From Alphaproteobacteria bacterium (lineage in GTDB: Bacteria; Pseudomonadota; Alphaproteobacteria; UBA828), in contig CBDCRW010000004.1 in the NCBI GenBank assembly GCA_965221125.1, positions 96,001 through 160,000 of the forward strand: a stretch of DNA of 64,000 bases, written 5' to 3'. Below the pieces are notes generated by a model. That model ran no database searches and was not told the DNA's origin. It was given only the letters and a program-made list of their open reading frames with translations. Shown piece by piece: positions 63,435-64,000 of this stretch (position 1 is the first letter of the stretch; the number at the start of each line of letters is the position of its first letter). The position numbers and the translations under genes were made by a program.

Positions 63435-64000
63435 TCAGTACTTCTTTCGGGCGAGCTGGTTGAGCACGACCCCGAAGACGATGACGATGCCGATGAACAT
63501 GTCGAGATAAAAGCCCGGCAGCTTCGCCAGAATGATGACGTCCTTGACCATCTGCAGGATGAAGGTCCCGACGACGATGCCGACGATGGCTCCGCGGCCG
63601 CCGGCGAGCGCCAGGCCGCCGATTACGCAGATCGCGATCGCCTCCAGCTCGAGGTAGAGCACGGGCGTCGACGTCGCGGAATTGATTCGCGTGGTGCTGA
63701 TGATGCCCGCGAACGTGGCGAGGCCGGAGCAGAGGACGAAGGCGAGCATCTTCGTCCGCACCACGTTGATGCCGACCGAGAGCGCCGCGTCGCGGTTGCC
63801 TCCGGCAGCGAAGAAGTGGTTGCCCAGGCGATGCCGGTTCAGGAAGAGGTAGCAGACGGCGGCGATCCCGAGGAACCAGAGGAACTGCGCCTGCATGTAG
63901 GAGCCGAGCCGCCCGGTCAGCGCATCCTCGAAACCGTCCGGCGGGAAGAAGCTGAGCGGGCGGTTGCTGGCGATGATGCGTGCCCCCGCACGCAAGATAA
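63435..64000 (-). CDS. Monosaccharide ABC transporter permease (3' part; runs off window edge)
   Basis: RLGNHFFAAGGNRDAA.SVGINV, ELEAIAICVIGG...GGRG (RbsC-type). Confidence 0.9.
   Translation of the reverse strand, partial: ILRAGARIIASNRPLSFFPPDGFEDALTGRLGSYMQAQFLWFLGIAAVCYLFLNRHRLGNHFFAAGGNRDAALSVGINVVRTKMLAFVLCSGLATFAGIISTTRINSATSTPVLYLELEAIAICVIGGLALAGGRGAIVGIVVGTFILQMVKDVIILAKLPGFYLDMFIGIVIVFGVVLNQLARKKY

Overview
High-GC alphaproteobacterial chromosome segment. The assignment rests on the two-piece permuted tmRNA next to sspB and on typical alpha gene order. Positions 1-53.5 kb are mostly housekeeping genes: rpe, an rsmB-like methyltransferase, kdsB, the tkt-gap-pgk-fba cluster, ilvE, mreBCD-mrdA-rodA, leuA, ilvBNC, miaA, hflKC, mrp, thyX, ssrA-sspB, fumC, an aminopeptidase P, prmA, ffs-dnaX-ybaB-recR, a MetF-like gene and two divergent porins. 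An accessory region follows at about 53.6-61.5 kb, then a PanB-like gene and a sugar ABC transporter. The main discovery is a complete 4,621-bp transposon (54476-59096) whose ends can be read directly from the sequence: TGTTGTTT...AAACAACA termini and a 5-bp CTCGG target duplication. It encodes a Zn-ribbon protein, a Mu/Tn7-like DDE transposase, an ExeA-type AAA+ ATPase and a RepA-like (AAA_25) helicase-wHTH. It also carries an origin-like GGTTCC/GGAACC palindrome near one end and a roughly 134-nt rod hairpin near the other. The element splits a gene that rejoins in frame into a Cro-like x2 + HTH_17 protein, and an intact paralogue of that gene lies next door. Other notable items are two copies of a highly structured MITE-like repeat, a DUF1015 gene in the position serB usually occupies, a single-lobe TAXI binding protein, and a 33-aa insertion in ThyX. 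All calls come from reading the sequence and recalled family motifs; no database searches were run.
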